Below, piece by piece: positions 18,768 to 28,222 of a stretch of DNA of 57,798 bases; the stretch's first letter is position 1; each line of letters begins with the position of its first letter. A program made the translations under genes and the position numbers. The DNA is from Patescibacteria group bacterium (GTDB lineage: Bacteria; Patescibacteriota; Microgenomatia; UBA8517), in NCBI GenBank assembly GCA_041742135.1, contig JBGSJG010000004.1, forward strand, positions 111,975 through 169,772. The letters run 5' to 3'. The notes below the pieces were generated by a model. The model ran no database searches and was not told where the DNA came from. It was given only the letters and a program-made list of their open reading frames with translations.

Positions 18768-19115
18768 ATGGTTGAACGAAGAGTTTCGCTGGATGCTACA
18801 TATGTTGGTCAGCTGCAAGGCGACGATTTAAGCAGCGCGATGGCCGACTTGCCCTTTTCTTCTTGGGTGGCCGCTAAAACAGTCGTGCTGTCTACCCCAG
18901 AAGAAAGAGCGGCCAAATTTGCGATTGGTGTCGATAAGCTGGAAAGTGTGATCGAAGGAAGGATTCCGAGTTGGAAAGCTGAATATTATAATGCACTAGC
19001 TTCTTACGCAAGCTTACCTGAAGGTGTCCTTGTTGATATAGGTCGTGCTATTCATGTTGTCGAAACTAACGGGCTTCGCCCAACCCCAGAATTAGAAAGA
19101 CTTAGCCTTGAATAA
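18768..19115 (+). CDS. Hypothetical protein (first gene of the orphan operon)
   Basis: ATG at 18768 (MVERR...). The upstream part of the track ORF contains the terminator hairpin. Confidence 0.5.
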   Translation: MVERRVSLDATYVGQLQGDDLSSAMADLPFSSWVAAKTVVLSTPEERAAKFAIGVDKLESVIEGRIPSWKAEYYNALASYASLPEGVLVDIGRAIHVVETNGLRPTPELERLSLE

Positions 19116-19128
19116 GTAATTTTTCCAC

Positions 19129-19488
19129 ATGTCCCCACTCAAGTTCTATCCAGTTGGTTCTCCAGAAGAAGCAATTTGCCTTGACGACAGAGAAGAGCTG
19201 ACTGCGCGCGCTTGGCAGGACGTATTTGGAGCTGCTTCAGACACTTTTTTAAGTGTTTTAAAAAGAGGATGTGTTGATTATCGCCGCGGGATTCCTCCCG
19301 AAAATAGCGCATCTAGATATATATCGGTCTCTGAATTCCCGAAAATAGTTAGTGGATTTGCAAGGGCAGGGGAGGTTCAGTCGTGGGCGCGAGGCGCGGA
19401 CTTTACTGGTGCGGAGACGATTTTGCAAAAGCCGGTCAAAGGTGCGGTTGTAGAATTTGTTTATACAAAAGGCAAGGAAAGGGCTTAG
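19129..19488 (+). CDS. Hypothetical protein
   Basis: 119-aa ORF, 13 nt after the previous stop. Confidence 0.5.
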   Translation: MSPLKFYPVGSPEEAICLDDREELTARAWQDVFGAASDTFLSVLKRGCVDYRRGIPPENSASRYISVSEFPKIVSGFARAGEVQSWARGADFTGAETILQKPVKGAVVEFVYTKGKERA

Positions 19489-19489
19489 T

Positions 19490-19879
19490 ATGTCTCTTGA
19501 AATAGAAAATGGAGTGACCAAGGAGACTCGTTCTTATGCTCCAGGTGAGCCGGTCAGCATTAACCAACTTACTCGTTATCTTGAAACTACGGTTCCTACT
19601 TTAATGGGTGCTATTGATGCACTTGAAATTCCAGTAGAGACCACGGAAGACTTGCGTGGAAAAGCTGGGAAAGTGAGAGAAGTATCTGTCGACTACTTCC
19701 CAAAAATAATTGCCTACCTATCGCAGAGAGTTCGCTACAACTCACCTGGACATTATAATGAATGGGCTTTAGATGCTGAAATAGATTTAGAAAACGGCAG
19801 ACTTGTGGTAAATCGAGGTGGAGATTGGAATTACAAACTTACCCACACTCAAGCTTCTCAATCAGTTAGTACTAAATAA
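19490..19879 (+). CDS. Hypothetical protein
   Basis: The internal ATG (MSLEIENG...) lies 1 nt after the previous stop. Confidence 0.5.
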   Translation: MSLEIENGVTKETRSYAPGEPVSINQLTRYLETTVPTLMGAIDALEIPVETTEDLRGKAGKVREVSVDYFPKIIAYLSQRVRYNSPGHYNEWALDAEIDLENGRLVVNRGGDWNYKLTHTQASQSVSTK

Positions 19880-20097
19880 TGGCAGAAAGAGGACCAGACT
19901 TCGGTATTGAACATTTTATTTCTCCCGACGCCACAAATGAGGTTGTTTCCTGCTGGGGAGATGTAAAAAGACAATGGGCTAGGCCAGTTGTGCTCGGGTG
20001 CGTGGAAGCACCTGAAGGCTATACTGATGAAATGCTAGCAAACATCGGGCGCGCCCTCATTCTTCTTGACCAGATTGATAAAATGGAAAGAGAATAG
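19879..20097 (+). CDS. Hypothetical small protein
   Basis: 72 aa with an ATG overlapping the previous stop (TAATG). Confidence 0.45.
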   Translation: MAERGPDFGIEHFISPDATNEVVSCWGDVKRQWARPVVLGCVEAPEGYTDEMLANIGRALILLDQIDKMERE

Positions 20098-20190
20098 CTA
20101 ATTGCCTAGTTAGCATTGTTCGATTGCTGATGGGATTTCTTCAGGAAATCGCCGTGGCGAATAAATGTACTGATTTAATATAATATCTTC

Positions 20191-20979
20191 ATGCCAGAAT
20201 ACGATCTGGACCAAGATTTAGATAAACAACAAATTTTAGTAGAGGATATTGCCAGGCGAATGGCAGAAAGATATGGGCTAAGAGCTCCAGAAATTAGAGT
20301 TTTAGAGTATCCAGCCAATCTCCCCCCTGATGCAGGAGGTGTGACTACAAGAGAGAAAGACCACTTTATTATTAGATTTAATAAGCCACGATATTTAACC
20401 GATGGTCAGGATGGGTATGTCCACGAGGTGGCTCACACGCTTTACATGGAAAACAATCCATTCTTTTCGAATTGGCACAACATAGAGGGTGAAATCGAAT
20501 GGGCATTGGCAGAATATGTGGTTTTGGGAAAGAATATTTTCCCAACCTTGGGAAGGCTGACGGCGGCCAATTTAAGTAACGAGCTTGTCGCCACATACTT
20601 TGGCTGCAACGGTCGAGAAATCGAAGCTGTAGCTGATCCTCGCGTGGGCATGGGGACTTTGATGAAAAATTGGCATTATCATGCAAAGGCAGTAGAGGTG
20701 AGTGTTGCCAAAGGCAAGGAGCAAGACATGGATGGTAGATTTTCTCAAACCCTTGAGCTATTAAGCAATTTAAGCATGGCCACAGACATGGCTTCCATTA
20801 TGGGAAGACTGGCGGGGTGGTTCACAAGCGGCCAGATAGTAAACGATAGGGGACTCTTTGTGCAGTCTCCTGCTAAATTGGGAATGCCAGTTTTCTCGGC
20901 GTACAGTGAGTCAACAGACGATGAGAGTTTTAAAGCTTTGCTGGTTGAGAAACTAAACTTAGCCGTCAATCAAGACTAA
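20191..20979 (+). CDS. Hypothetical protein with an HExxH motif (possible Zn-metallopeptidase fold)
   Basis: YVHEVAHTLY contains HEVAH. Nothing else is diagnostic. Confidence 0.5.
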   Translation: MPEYDLDQDLDKQQILVEDIARRMAERYGLRAPEIRVLEYPANLPPDAGGVTTREKDHFIIRFNKPRYLTDGQDGYVHEVAHTLYMENNPFFSNWHNIEGEIEWALAEYVVLGKNIFPTLGRLTAANLSNELVATYFGCNGREIEAVADPRVGMGTLMKNWHYHAKAVEVSVAKGKEQDMDGRFSQTLELLSNLSMATDMASIMGRLAGWFTSGQIVNDRGLFVQSPAKLGMPVFSAYSESTDDESFKALLVEKLNLAVNQD

Positions 20980-21000
20980 AAACTGATATATAATTCCCAC

Positions 21001-21609
21001 ATGACTCCAGAAATTAATATGCCACCTGAGGATTTGATGCAGCAGGTCGAGGATTATGCCCTGCAATTTCTTGGCCAAGGCAGAAAAGATTGGGATGAGC
21101 CACACACACGCGCCGTAGCACATTATGCAGTAGATATCGCCGCTAGAAACGGACTAGACACTTGGGTCATGGCAACTGCTGCTTGGTTTCATGACATTGG
21201 TTACTATGGATTGTTCGAAGGCGAGGAATCTAAAAGCCATGGCAAAGTCGTGGATGCTAAAGCCCAGCACATGATAAATGGGGCACAAATGGCAAGGGAG
21301 TTTTTGGAAAGAGAGGGCGTAATAAATAGATTTACTCCAGAGCAGCGCGAGAGGATTGTTCACTTAGTTTCTGTACATGACAAGCTGGATGAGCTGGAAG
21401 CTCCAGATGAAATTGCCTTGATGGAAGCAGACACGCTTGGGGCAATTGATCTGGCGCGCGTAACGCCTACCTTTGACAAGGAAGGAATGGAAAAGTACAT
21501 TCGCGGGCTTGAGGGTAAACGAAGGCCGAAGTTTAGAACTAAAGAAGGAATTACGCATTACGATAGGTTGATAGCAGACTTCAAAGTTCATGCAGCAAGT
21601 ATGGAGTAA
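21001..21609 (+). CDS. HD-domain phosphohydrolase
   Basis: H..(29 aa)..WFHDIGY, then a later VSVHDKLDE, which is the HD superfamily metal-ligand pattern. Confidence 0.75.
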   Translation: MTPEINMPPEDLMQQVEDYALQFLGQGRKDWDEPHTRAVAHYAVDIAARNGLDTWVMATAAWFHDIGYYGLFEGEESKSHGKVVDAKAQHMINGAQMAREFLEREGVINRFTPEQRERIVHLVSVHDKLDELEAPDEIALMEADTLGAIDLARVTPTFDKEGMEKYIRGLEGKRRPKFRTKEGITHYDRLIADFKVHAASME

Positions 21610-21618
21610 CTTCAGAAA

Positions 21619-22224
21619 ATGGATATGCGGACTCAATTGACCGTAATTATGTCGAGTGCTATATTCATCGAAATGAATGATTTACAGGAAAGCTTTGAAA
21701 GATATATGCAACCGGCACGTAATCTGCAGTGGGCTAAAACTGAAACAGATAGAAATAAAGCTCAAAAAAAGTTGGACAACAAACGTAGAGAGTTACTTAA
21801 CAAAATGGATGGTCTTAAATCGAACTTAATAATAGTTGAAGCGACGATTGTAGGTTTGGTCGCAGCTTTAGGGACTAACGGGACTGACTTGTTTCTCAAA
21901 TTATCTTTAACATTCTTAATAATTAGTATTCTTTCTGGTGTATTTTCATATTATTTTTCTGTGGATGCTAGTTATTGGTTTACTTTTACCGAACAAGCAT
22001 GGCTTGACACGCATTACAAAAATTTATTTCGGTTTATCGATAAGAAAAGATACGACGAATTTTTATTGTTCCTGGGAGAGATAGATGTCAATAGAGGAGG
22101 TTCCGGTACGACAAATAAAATATTACAAAGAACAGGATTGAGCGCAGATAGGCTTGATATATCTTTCTATGTTGGGTTTTTGATTGCAATGCTTTTCCTA
22201 AGCTATTCTATTTGGATTAGCTAA
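21619..22224 (+). CDS. Hypothetical membrane protein
   Basis: Three hydrophobic helices after a charged N-terminal coiled segment. Confidence 0.5.
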   Translation: MDMRTQLTVIMSSAIFIEMNDLQESFERYMQPARNLQWAKTETDRNKAQKKLDNKRRELLNKMDGLKSNLIIVEATIVGLVAALGTNGTDLFLKLSLTFLIISILSGVFSYYFSVDASYWFTFTEQAWLDTHYKNLFRFIDKKRYDEFLLFLGEIDVNRGGSGTTNKILQRTGLSADRLDISFYVGFLIAMLFLSYSIWIS

Positions 22225-22311
22225 CAGATAGATTGACTAACTTCCCCTCACTTGTTATAATTCCGTTACCTTAAAAATAAGTTAACTTCTCGCCTTTGGC
22301 GAGTAACAACA

Positions 22312-22344
22312 ACAGGTATCCTTTTTAGGAAGCCTGTTTTTTTT
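22312..22344 (+). terminator. Intrinsic terminator closing the orphan operon
   Basis: acaggtatcc...ggaagcctgt hairpin followed by T8. Confidence 0.6.
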
Positions 22345-22369
22345 GACTTACAAGAGTCCAAAGGCAGTA

Positions 22370-22393
22370 CTTTGACAGTCAGACAGCGATTGG
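22370..22393 (+). other. 16S processing-stem 5' arm (pairs with 24076-24099)
   Basis: ctttgacagtcagacagcgattgg is complementary to ccaatcgctgtcagactgtcaaag at 23 of 24 positions, with one central A.A mismatch. Confidence 0.8.
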
Positions 22394-22441
22394 AATTGGT
22401 CCCGGGATTGTATAAACTTCGGTTTATACTTCAAATCCACT

Positions 22442-23922
22442 TTTTTGAGGGTTTGATCCTGGCCCAGGGTAAACGCTGGCGGCGTGCTTTAGGCATGCAA
22501 GTAGAACGAGAAATCCCGCTTCGGCGGGATGGAAAGTTGCGAACGGCTGAGTAACACGTAGGCATCTACCTCTAAGTGAGGGATAGTCCACCGAAAGGTG
22601 GGGTAATACCGCATAACACCGAAAGGTCAAAGCGCTTAACTGCGCGCTAAGAGAGGAGCCTGCGCACCATCAGCTTGTTGGTGAGGTAATGGCTTACCAA
22701 GGCTATGACGGTTAGGGGACATGAGAGTGTGTACCCCCAGAGTGGGACTGAGACACGGCCCACACACCTACGGGTGGCAGCAACCGGGAATCGTGCGCAA
22801 TGGACGAAAGTCTGACGCCGCGACGCCGCGTGAAGGATGAAGGCCTTAGGGTTGTAAACTTCTTTTGCCACGTAAGAAACGACGTGGAGAATAAGCACCG
22901 GCTAACTTCGTGCCAGCAGCAGCGGTAATACGAAGGGTGTAAGCGTTGCCCGGATTTATTGGGCGTAAAGTGTTTCGTAGGCGTTTCGGCAAGTTGTTCT
23001 TTAAAGCCCTCGGCTCAACCGAGGAAAGGGGAATGATACTACCGGAATTGAAGAATGTTGGAGTTACTGGAACTATCGGTGTAGGGGTGAAATCCGTTGA
23101 TATCGATAGGAACTCCGAAGGCGAAGGCGAGTAACTAAGCATTTCTTGACGCTGAGGAACGAAAGCTAGGGGAGCGAAAGGGATTAGAGACCCCTGTAGT
23201 CCTAGCCGTAAACTTTGTCCGCTAGCTTGTCCCGATTTATCGGGGCGGGCGTAAGCTAACGCGTGAAGCGGACCGCCTGGGGAGTACGGTCGCAAGACTA
23301 AAACTCAAAGGAATTGACGGGGACCTGCACAACCAGTGGATTATGTGGTTTAATTCGAGACGAACCGAAGAACCTTACCCAGACTTGACATGCTACCGTT
23401 TAGGCACCTGGAAACAGGAGCCGATCTTAATTTATTAGGAAGGTAGCACAGGTGTTGCATGGCCGTCGTCAGCTCGTGCCGTGGGGTGTTCCCTTAAGTG
23501 GGGTAACGAGCGCAACCCCTGTCCTGATTTAAATATTATCAGGAGACTTTTCGATTTTCGTATCGGGAGGAAGCGGGGACGACGTCAGGTCAGCATGGCC
23601 CTTATGTCTGGGGCTACACACATAATACAATGGCATCGACAATGGGTTGCCAAGCCGTAAGGCGGAGCTAATCCCATAAAACGATGTCTCAGTGGGGATT
23701 GAGGGCTGCAATTCGCCCTCATGAACGCGGAATTGGTAGTAATCGGGAGTCAGCTAAATCCCGGTGAATACGTTCTCAGGTCTTGTACACACCGCCCATC
23801 AAGTTAGTAAAGTTGGGGGCACCCGAATGGCCGCTGAGCGGTCAGAAGGTGAAACCAGCGATAAGAATTAAGTTGTAACAAGGTATCCGTTCTGGAAGGA
23901 GCGGATGGATCACCTCCTTTCT
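22442..23922 (+). rRNA. rrs: 16S ribosomal RNA (~1.48 kb, no insertion seen)
   Basis: 5' GAGGGTTTGATCCTGGCCCAG..., an internal GTGCCAGCAGCAGCGGTAATAC, and 3' GGATCACCTCCTTTCT. Ends are approximate. Confidence 0.95.
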
Positions 23923-24075
23923 TGGAGTGATAAGTCCCGCTAATTACGGGAAATAACACCCGCAGTTTAAAGTCATGGTTTTCTGTTTCTGATTAGTAAT
24001 AGTCAAGAAAAAAACCAAACTCCTTCTTTTTCTGTTTTAGAATTCTAAACAGAAGGAGATTGTAGGGAAACCTTT

Positions 24076-24099
24076 CCAATCGCTGTCAGACTGTCAAAG
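24076..24099 (+). other. 16S processing-stem 3' arm
   Basis: See 22370-22393. Confidence 0.8.
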
Positions 24100-24122
24100 A
24101 CTATTTTTCTTCAAACCGTTTT

Positions 24123-25268
24123 TTGGTATACAATGAATCACCAATGGAGGATTCTGCCCAGAAGCGACCACAGTTTAGTGTTGAAGAAATGCCACCCGTA
24201 AACCCTGAAACCGTTGCACCGCCCGTGCCTGAAGTAGCACCGCAAGGCGCAGAACCAGTATCAGTTGAAACTATCCCTCAGTTTACGCCCCCTCCGCCAC
24301 CACCTGTACCCACACCAAACCCAATTGTGTCTGAAAGTCAGCCTGTAGTACCTCCAGCAGTTCATCAAGCCCACAAACCAAATGCTCTCAGAGCCTTATT
24401 CTTTTTAATTCCGGCTCTTCTTTTGGTGGCTACAATCTATTTTGTTGCCAAATTTACGGGAAATAATTATGTAATGCGAGAGCCAGCACCGATTGCAACT
24501 GCTACACCTGAACTTGTTCCAGCTTCGCCGACGCCACTGCCGACTGCTATTCCTGTACCCGTTAAGACATACATAAATTCTCAGATGTTTTTGCAAATTT
24601 CGATTCCCGAAAGCTACGAAGTGATGTCGGAAGATGGGGAATTTGTGAGTCTGGGAAAAAACGACACGGAACTATTGACCATATCAACCAATTTGGATGA
24701 CTACGACGAGGGAAACCAAGATCATTCCAAAGTGGGCGATTTTCTTTTTGTTACTTACGCAGAGACCGCAGAAGAAGAAGCTGAATTTAGTGCGATCGTC
24801 GAAAGCGTAATATTCTTGGTAGATACTTCCGACTGGGAAACTTTTGATAACACTACTTATAACTACATGATTAAATATCCTTCGGAATGGGAAATTACCA
24901 ATACTGAGAATAAAACTGGAAAAATTGGTGAGCGAACAGAGATAAGTAAAGACGCGACCAACAAGACCTTAAACAACCTTGTGATTCTCACACAGAGCAA
25001 TTTAAATAATGCTGCCTTTACCGCGAGCCAAATTGTTTCTTCTACAAGAACACTTTCTGGGTGGAAAGGAACGCCGAAAAACGAGCTTAAAAAAATTGGA
25101 GGAGGGGATGCACAAGTGATCCAAGGAGAGCTTGGAGGCAAGTGGCATGCATATGTGGTGATTTGGTACAAAAATACAGTAGTTCAGATGACTTGGGAGG
25201 ATACTGTGGCACGTCCCCAACAGCAAATCTTCGATAATATCCTGGCTTCATTTGAGTTTACAAATTAA
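24123..25268 (+). CDS. Pro-rich, single-TM anchored hypothetical protein
   Basis: Pro-rich N-terminus, a TM helix (LFFLIPALLLVATIYFVAKF), then a ~260-aa extracytoplasmic region. The start could instead be ATG 24144. Confidence 0.55.
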   Translation: MVYNESPMEDSAQKRPQFSVEEMPPVNPETVAPPVPEVAPQGAEPVSVETIPQFTPPPPPPVPTPNPIVSESQPVVPPAVHQAHKPNALRALFFLIPALLLVATIYFVAKFTGNNYVMREPAPIATATPELVPASPTPLPTAIPVPVKTYINSQMFLQISIPESYEVMSEDGEFVSLGKNDTELLTISTNLDDYDEGNQDHSKVGDFLFVTYAETAEEEAEFSAIVESVIFLVDTSDWETFDNTTYNYMIKYPSEWEITNTENKTGKIGERTEISKDATNKTLNNLVILTQSNLNNAAFTASQIVSSTRTLSGWKGTPKNELKKIGGGDAQVIQGELGGKWHAYVVIWYKNTVVQMTWEDTVARPQQQIFDNILASFEFTN

Positions 25269-25309
25269 TTGCTTGACCTAGGGCTTTAGGACTGTTATCT
25301 TAACTTTGT

Positions 25310-26080
25310 ATGACAGCTGAGGCAATTAATTTTACACCTACACCAGCTCCACCTCCTGAGGCACCAAGGCAAGATGTCAGATACGTCACTACACCTACGC
25401 TTGAAAGCCAGCTTGCTGTGCTTGGAATGACTCTTGGCCCCGAGCCAACTCCAACACCAGCCCCAGTTGAAACACCAGATGAACCAGATCCATACAGGGA
25501 AACGGACCAAGCGAATGTTCGCGCTATTGAGTCTCCAACAAATAATGAAGAATTTGGACTTCAAAACCCATTAATAATAGCTGTTGCAAAGCTTGATATC
25601 AGGTTAGCTCCTGATCTCACTTTTGTAGTTTTGGGAGGGTCAGACGGACCATTTGGTTTGGCATATAATGCAAGTTGCATCGTCGATCAGCTTGAAGATG
25701 AAGACGTTTTAGGCGACAGGCTAACACAAGACTTGCCACAACGCGATGGGTTATTTAGTTCCGGGCCCGGTTCTGTGAGGTCAGTTCAAGTTTGGCCAGT
25801 GGGAGTAAGAGTGGAGAGTGTGGAGGCAACAGTTTTAGCAAACGAAGTTCCATTGACGATAAATGGTCAAGATTTCAGGCTTCCGATATTGACAGCCCGT
25901 GGAGTTACTTTTAACGGGCAGTACACTGACTGTCCTACAGTAGGCGAGCGCTTTAGTGGGCAAATTGGTCAAGTTCTCAGTGGAGTCGATGCGGCCGCAA
26001 TCGGGGAGACTCTCGGTTCGGTTTTGGGGGATGCGTTCTCAGGTTTTCAAGAGGGTTTTGGTGAAGGCCGCAGTAATTAA
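25310..26080 (+). CDS. Hypothetical protein
   Basis: 256-aa ORF with a PT-rich N-terminus and no recognisable domain. Confidence 0.5.
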   Translation: MTAEAINFTPTPAPPPEAPRQDVRYVTTPTLESQLAVLGMTLGPEPTPTPAPVETPDEPDPYRETDQANVRAIESPTNNEEFGLQNPLIIAVAKLDIRLAPDLTFVVLGGSDGPFGLAYNASCIVDQLEDEDVLGDRLTQDLPQRDGLFSSGPGSVRSVQVWPVGVRVESVEATVLANEVPLTINGQDFRLPILTARGVTFNGQYTDCPTVGERFSGQIGQVLSGVDAAAIGETLGSVLGDAFSGFQEGFGEGRSN

Positions 26081-27219
26081 TCCTTAACCTTCTTGCTCCA
26101 TCTTTGTCTTGAAACTTCAAGCACAGTGTTTTTATTTTGGTTAGCATTTGCAGGAAGTGGTAACGTGTGAGCTAAAAATGGCCTTGTTGAGTGGCCGTCA
26201 ATCATAAGCTTCACCGCAATCTGGAAGTTCTCAAGATTTACCAAATCATTTTGCGAGAAAACCTCGGCATATTCTTTGTGAATAATCTGTGCGTCATCCG
26301 CGCCCACTCCAAAGCTGATTAAAGACCCGGCGTTTCCCAGAATTGCTTTTTGCACAGGATCGGGAATTTGGGCCATGTATTGGTTGGCAAGCATCAGGTT
26401 AAGCCTGTATTTTCGGGCCTCAGACAAAATTTTAATAAAGCTGTTGGTGGCAAAATTTTGAAACTCGTCCACAAAAAGGTGAAAATCGAGTCTTTGCTCC
26501 TCGGGCATATCCACTCTATGCATCGCAGCCAGCTGGAACTTGGTAATAAGCGTGGCCCCAAGTAGCGCCGCGTTGTCTTCCCCAAGTCTACCTTGTGACA
26601 AGTTGGCTAAAAATATCATCTTTTTATCCATCACTTCGGAAAGTGAGATTGTGCTTTTGGGCTGGCTGATAATTGATCTGATCATGGGCGAAGTTACAAA
26701 CTGGCCGACTTTGTTCTGAATTGGCGAGATGGCTTCAGCTTGCAGGGACTCAGGCATTTGGTTAAACTCTCGAAGCCAAAACTGCTTTAAGGTTTCGTCG
26801 TGCATTTTTTCAACTACCTTTTTGCGGTAGCCTTCGTCGCCCAAGATGCTTAAGACATCGGCAAGAGTTGAGCCTTCTATCTCAGTCAAAGTTAGGAGTG
26901 AATTTCGAAGGATATACTCCATACGCGCGCTCCAGACATTGGCCCATACTTTGGTAAATATCGACATGAGGCCACTGACTACAAGCTCGGCTTCCTCTTT
27001 GGTGGTGACTTCCAAGGGGTTAATAATAACCGGGTAGTCTCGGTCCGCGGGGTTAAAATAAATCGTGTCATTAATGCGATTTTTGGGAATGTAATTAAGC
27101 ACTGTCTCGCAAAGGTCACCATGAGGATCAATTACGGCAACTCCTCGGCCTTTTTTAAGATCATCAATAACCATGTTGGCGATAAGGGTTGATTTTCCAG
27201 TTCCAGTTTTTCCTACCAC
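26077..27219 (-). CDS. P-loop ATPase, type IV secretion coupling-protein/HerA-like (C-terminal half of a split gene)
   Basis: Walker A VVGKTGTGKST at the extreme N-terminus, IDPHGDL, Walker B LFVDEFQNF, and ARKYRLNLMLANQY. Confidence 0.75.
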   Translation of the reverse strand: MVGKTGTGKSTLIANMVIDDLKKGRGVAVIDPHGDLCETVLNYIPKNRINDTIYFNPADRDYPVIINPLEVTTKEEAELVVSGLMSIFTKVWANVWSARMEYILRNSLLTLTEIEGSTLADVLSILGDEGYRKKVVEKMHDETLKQFWLREFNQMPESLQAEAISPIQNKVGQFVTSPMIRSIISQPKSTISLSEVMDKKMIFLANLSQGRLGEDNAALLGATLITKFQLAAMHRVDMPEEQRLDFHLFVDEFQNFATNSFIKILSEARKYRLNLMLANQYMAQIPDPVQKAILGNAGSLISFGVGADDAQIIHKEYAEVFSQNDLVNLENFQIAVKLMIDGHSTRPFLAHTLPLPANANQNKNTVLEVSRQRWSKKVKD

Positions 27220-27267
27220 CCAAACGTGGCGCCTGCGATCTTTATCCTTAATGCCAAAAGTAGCGTC

Positions 27268-28209
27268 TTAATTTTTGTGCTGTGCTCGGCCAAAAAAGTT
27301 AACTCGCTCGCGTTCATCCTCGTCCATTCCTAAAGACACTGGTAAGTTTTCTGGAGTTTCGGACAAAACTGCATTGCCCCAAGAAATGGATGGAACTTTT
27401 ATTTTCTCCCCGGGCAAATGCCAAAGCGTGGCAATTTCGTGAATATTTAAAATATCGTTTGTGTCTACACGCCGCAAAACTAAACTTTCAAAGGAGTGGT
27501 CTCGGGCCAAAAACTTTTTGCCACGGGTAGAAAGTGCGTTGCCATCTGTTTTATTAAATACACCAAAGGCGCTGGTCAAGTCTGATAAGAGCGCGCCGTT
27601 GGTTGAAGCGATTCGGATGGAAACTCCAAAGCCGGGGAAGCTAATTTTTTCTTTAATAATTCCGGCATCGGGAAGAGGGGATACATTGCCTTCGCGGTCC
27701 TTTATGCCTCGCTCAAGCATTTTTTGGGTGTTGGTTTGCCAACTGCCAGAAATTGCGGTGAGAGCAAATTGAACAACTGCAAATTCTTCGGCCGTGGACT
27801 TGGACATAACAGAAAGAATTGAAGAAAGCGGGTCACTGTCAACAAAAGTTGAATAAGTTGCCAGTGGATAATAATTGCCGCGGGCAAGTTTTAAAGCTCG
27901 AACGGGAATGGGGTTTGTGATGGGGTCTGCCACCTTCTGGCTTAAGACAAGCGGATAGTTGGATTGTAGTTGTGCTTCAACAAAAGGAGCCAGATCGCTA
28001 CTTGTGGTTACAGCAAAGTGAATTTGCTGATTTATTAAATATATTTCAAGGGCTAAAGGGTCTGGCCGTTGGCCAGACATTCTGTCCCAAAAAGAAATCG
28101 TGTTTATTTGCGTTAATGCTGAAAGAAAAGTTTGAGCCGCCTCAGGAGTGTACTCATTGCCACGAGGAACTTTGATTAGTAGAGTAGTAAGCTCGGCCAT
28201 TGGCTTCAT
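27268..28209 (-). CDS. N-terminal half of the split T4CP/HerA-like ATPase
   Basis: It ends ...GRAQHKN-TAA in the same frame as, and 16 sense codons upstream of, the GTG of 26077-27219. Confidence 0.6.
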   Translation of the reverse strand: MKPMAELTTLLIKVPRGNEYTPEAAQTFLSALTQINTISFWDRMSGQRPDPLALEIYLINQQIHFAVTTSSDLAPFVEAQLQSNYPLVLSQKVADPITNPIPVRALKLARGNYYPLATYSTFVDSDPLSSILSVMSKSTAEEFAVVQFALTAISGSWQTNTQKMLERGIKDREGNVSPLPDAGIIKEKISFPGFGVSIRIASTNGALLSDLTSAFGVFNKTDGNALSTRGKKFLARDHSFESLVLRRVDTNDILNIHEIATLWHLPGEKIKVPSISWGNAVLSETPENLPVSLGMDEDERERVNFFGRAQHKN

Positions 28210-28222
28210 TGTAGCAGAAAGA

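Noticed and set aside
22345-22440. Candidate 16S promoter (TTGACT ... AGTACT, and TGTATAAA further down)
   Set aside because: The -10 elements are weak or mis-spaced, so I cannot support a specific promoter call.
22372-23711. Track ORFs lying inside the 16S gene
   Set aside because: The sequence is unambiguously rRNA, so these are chance open frames.
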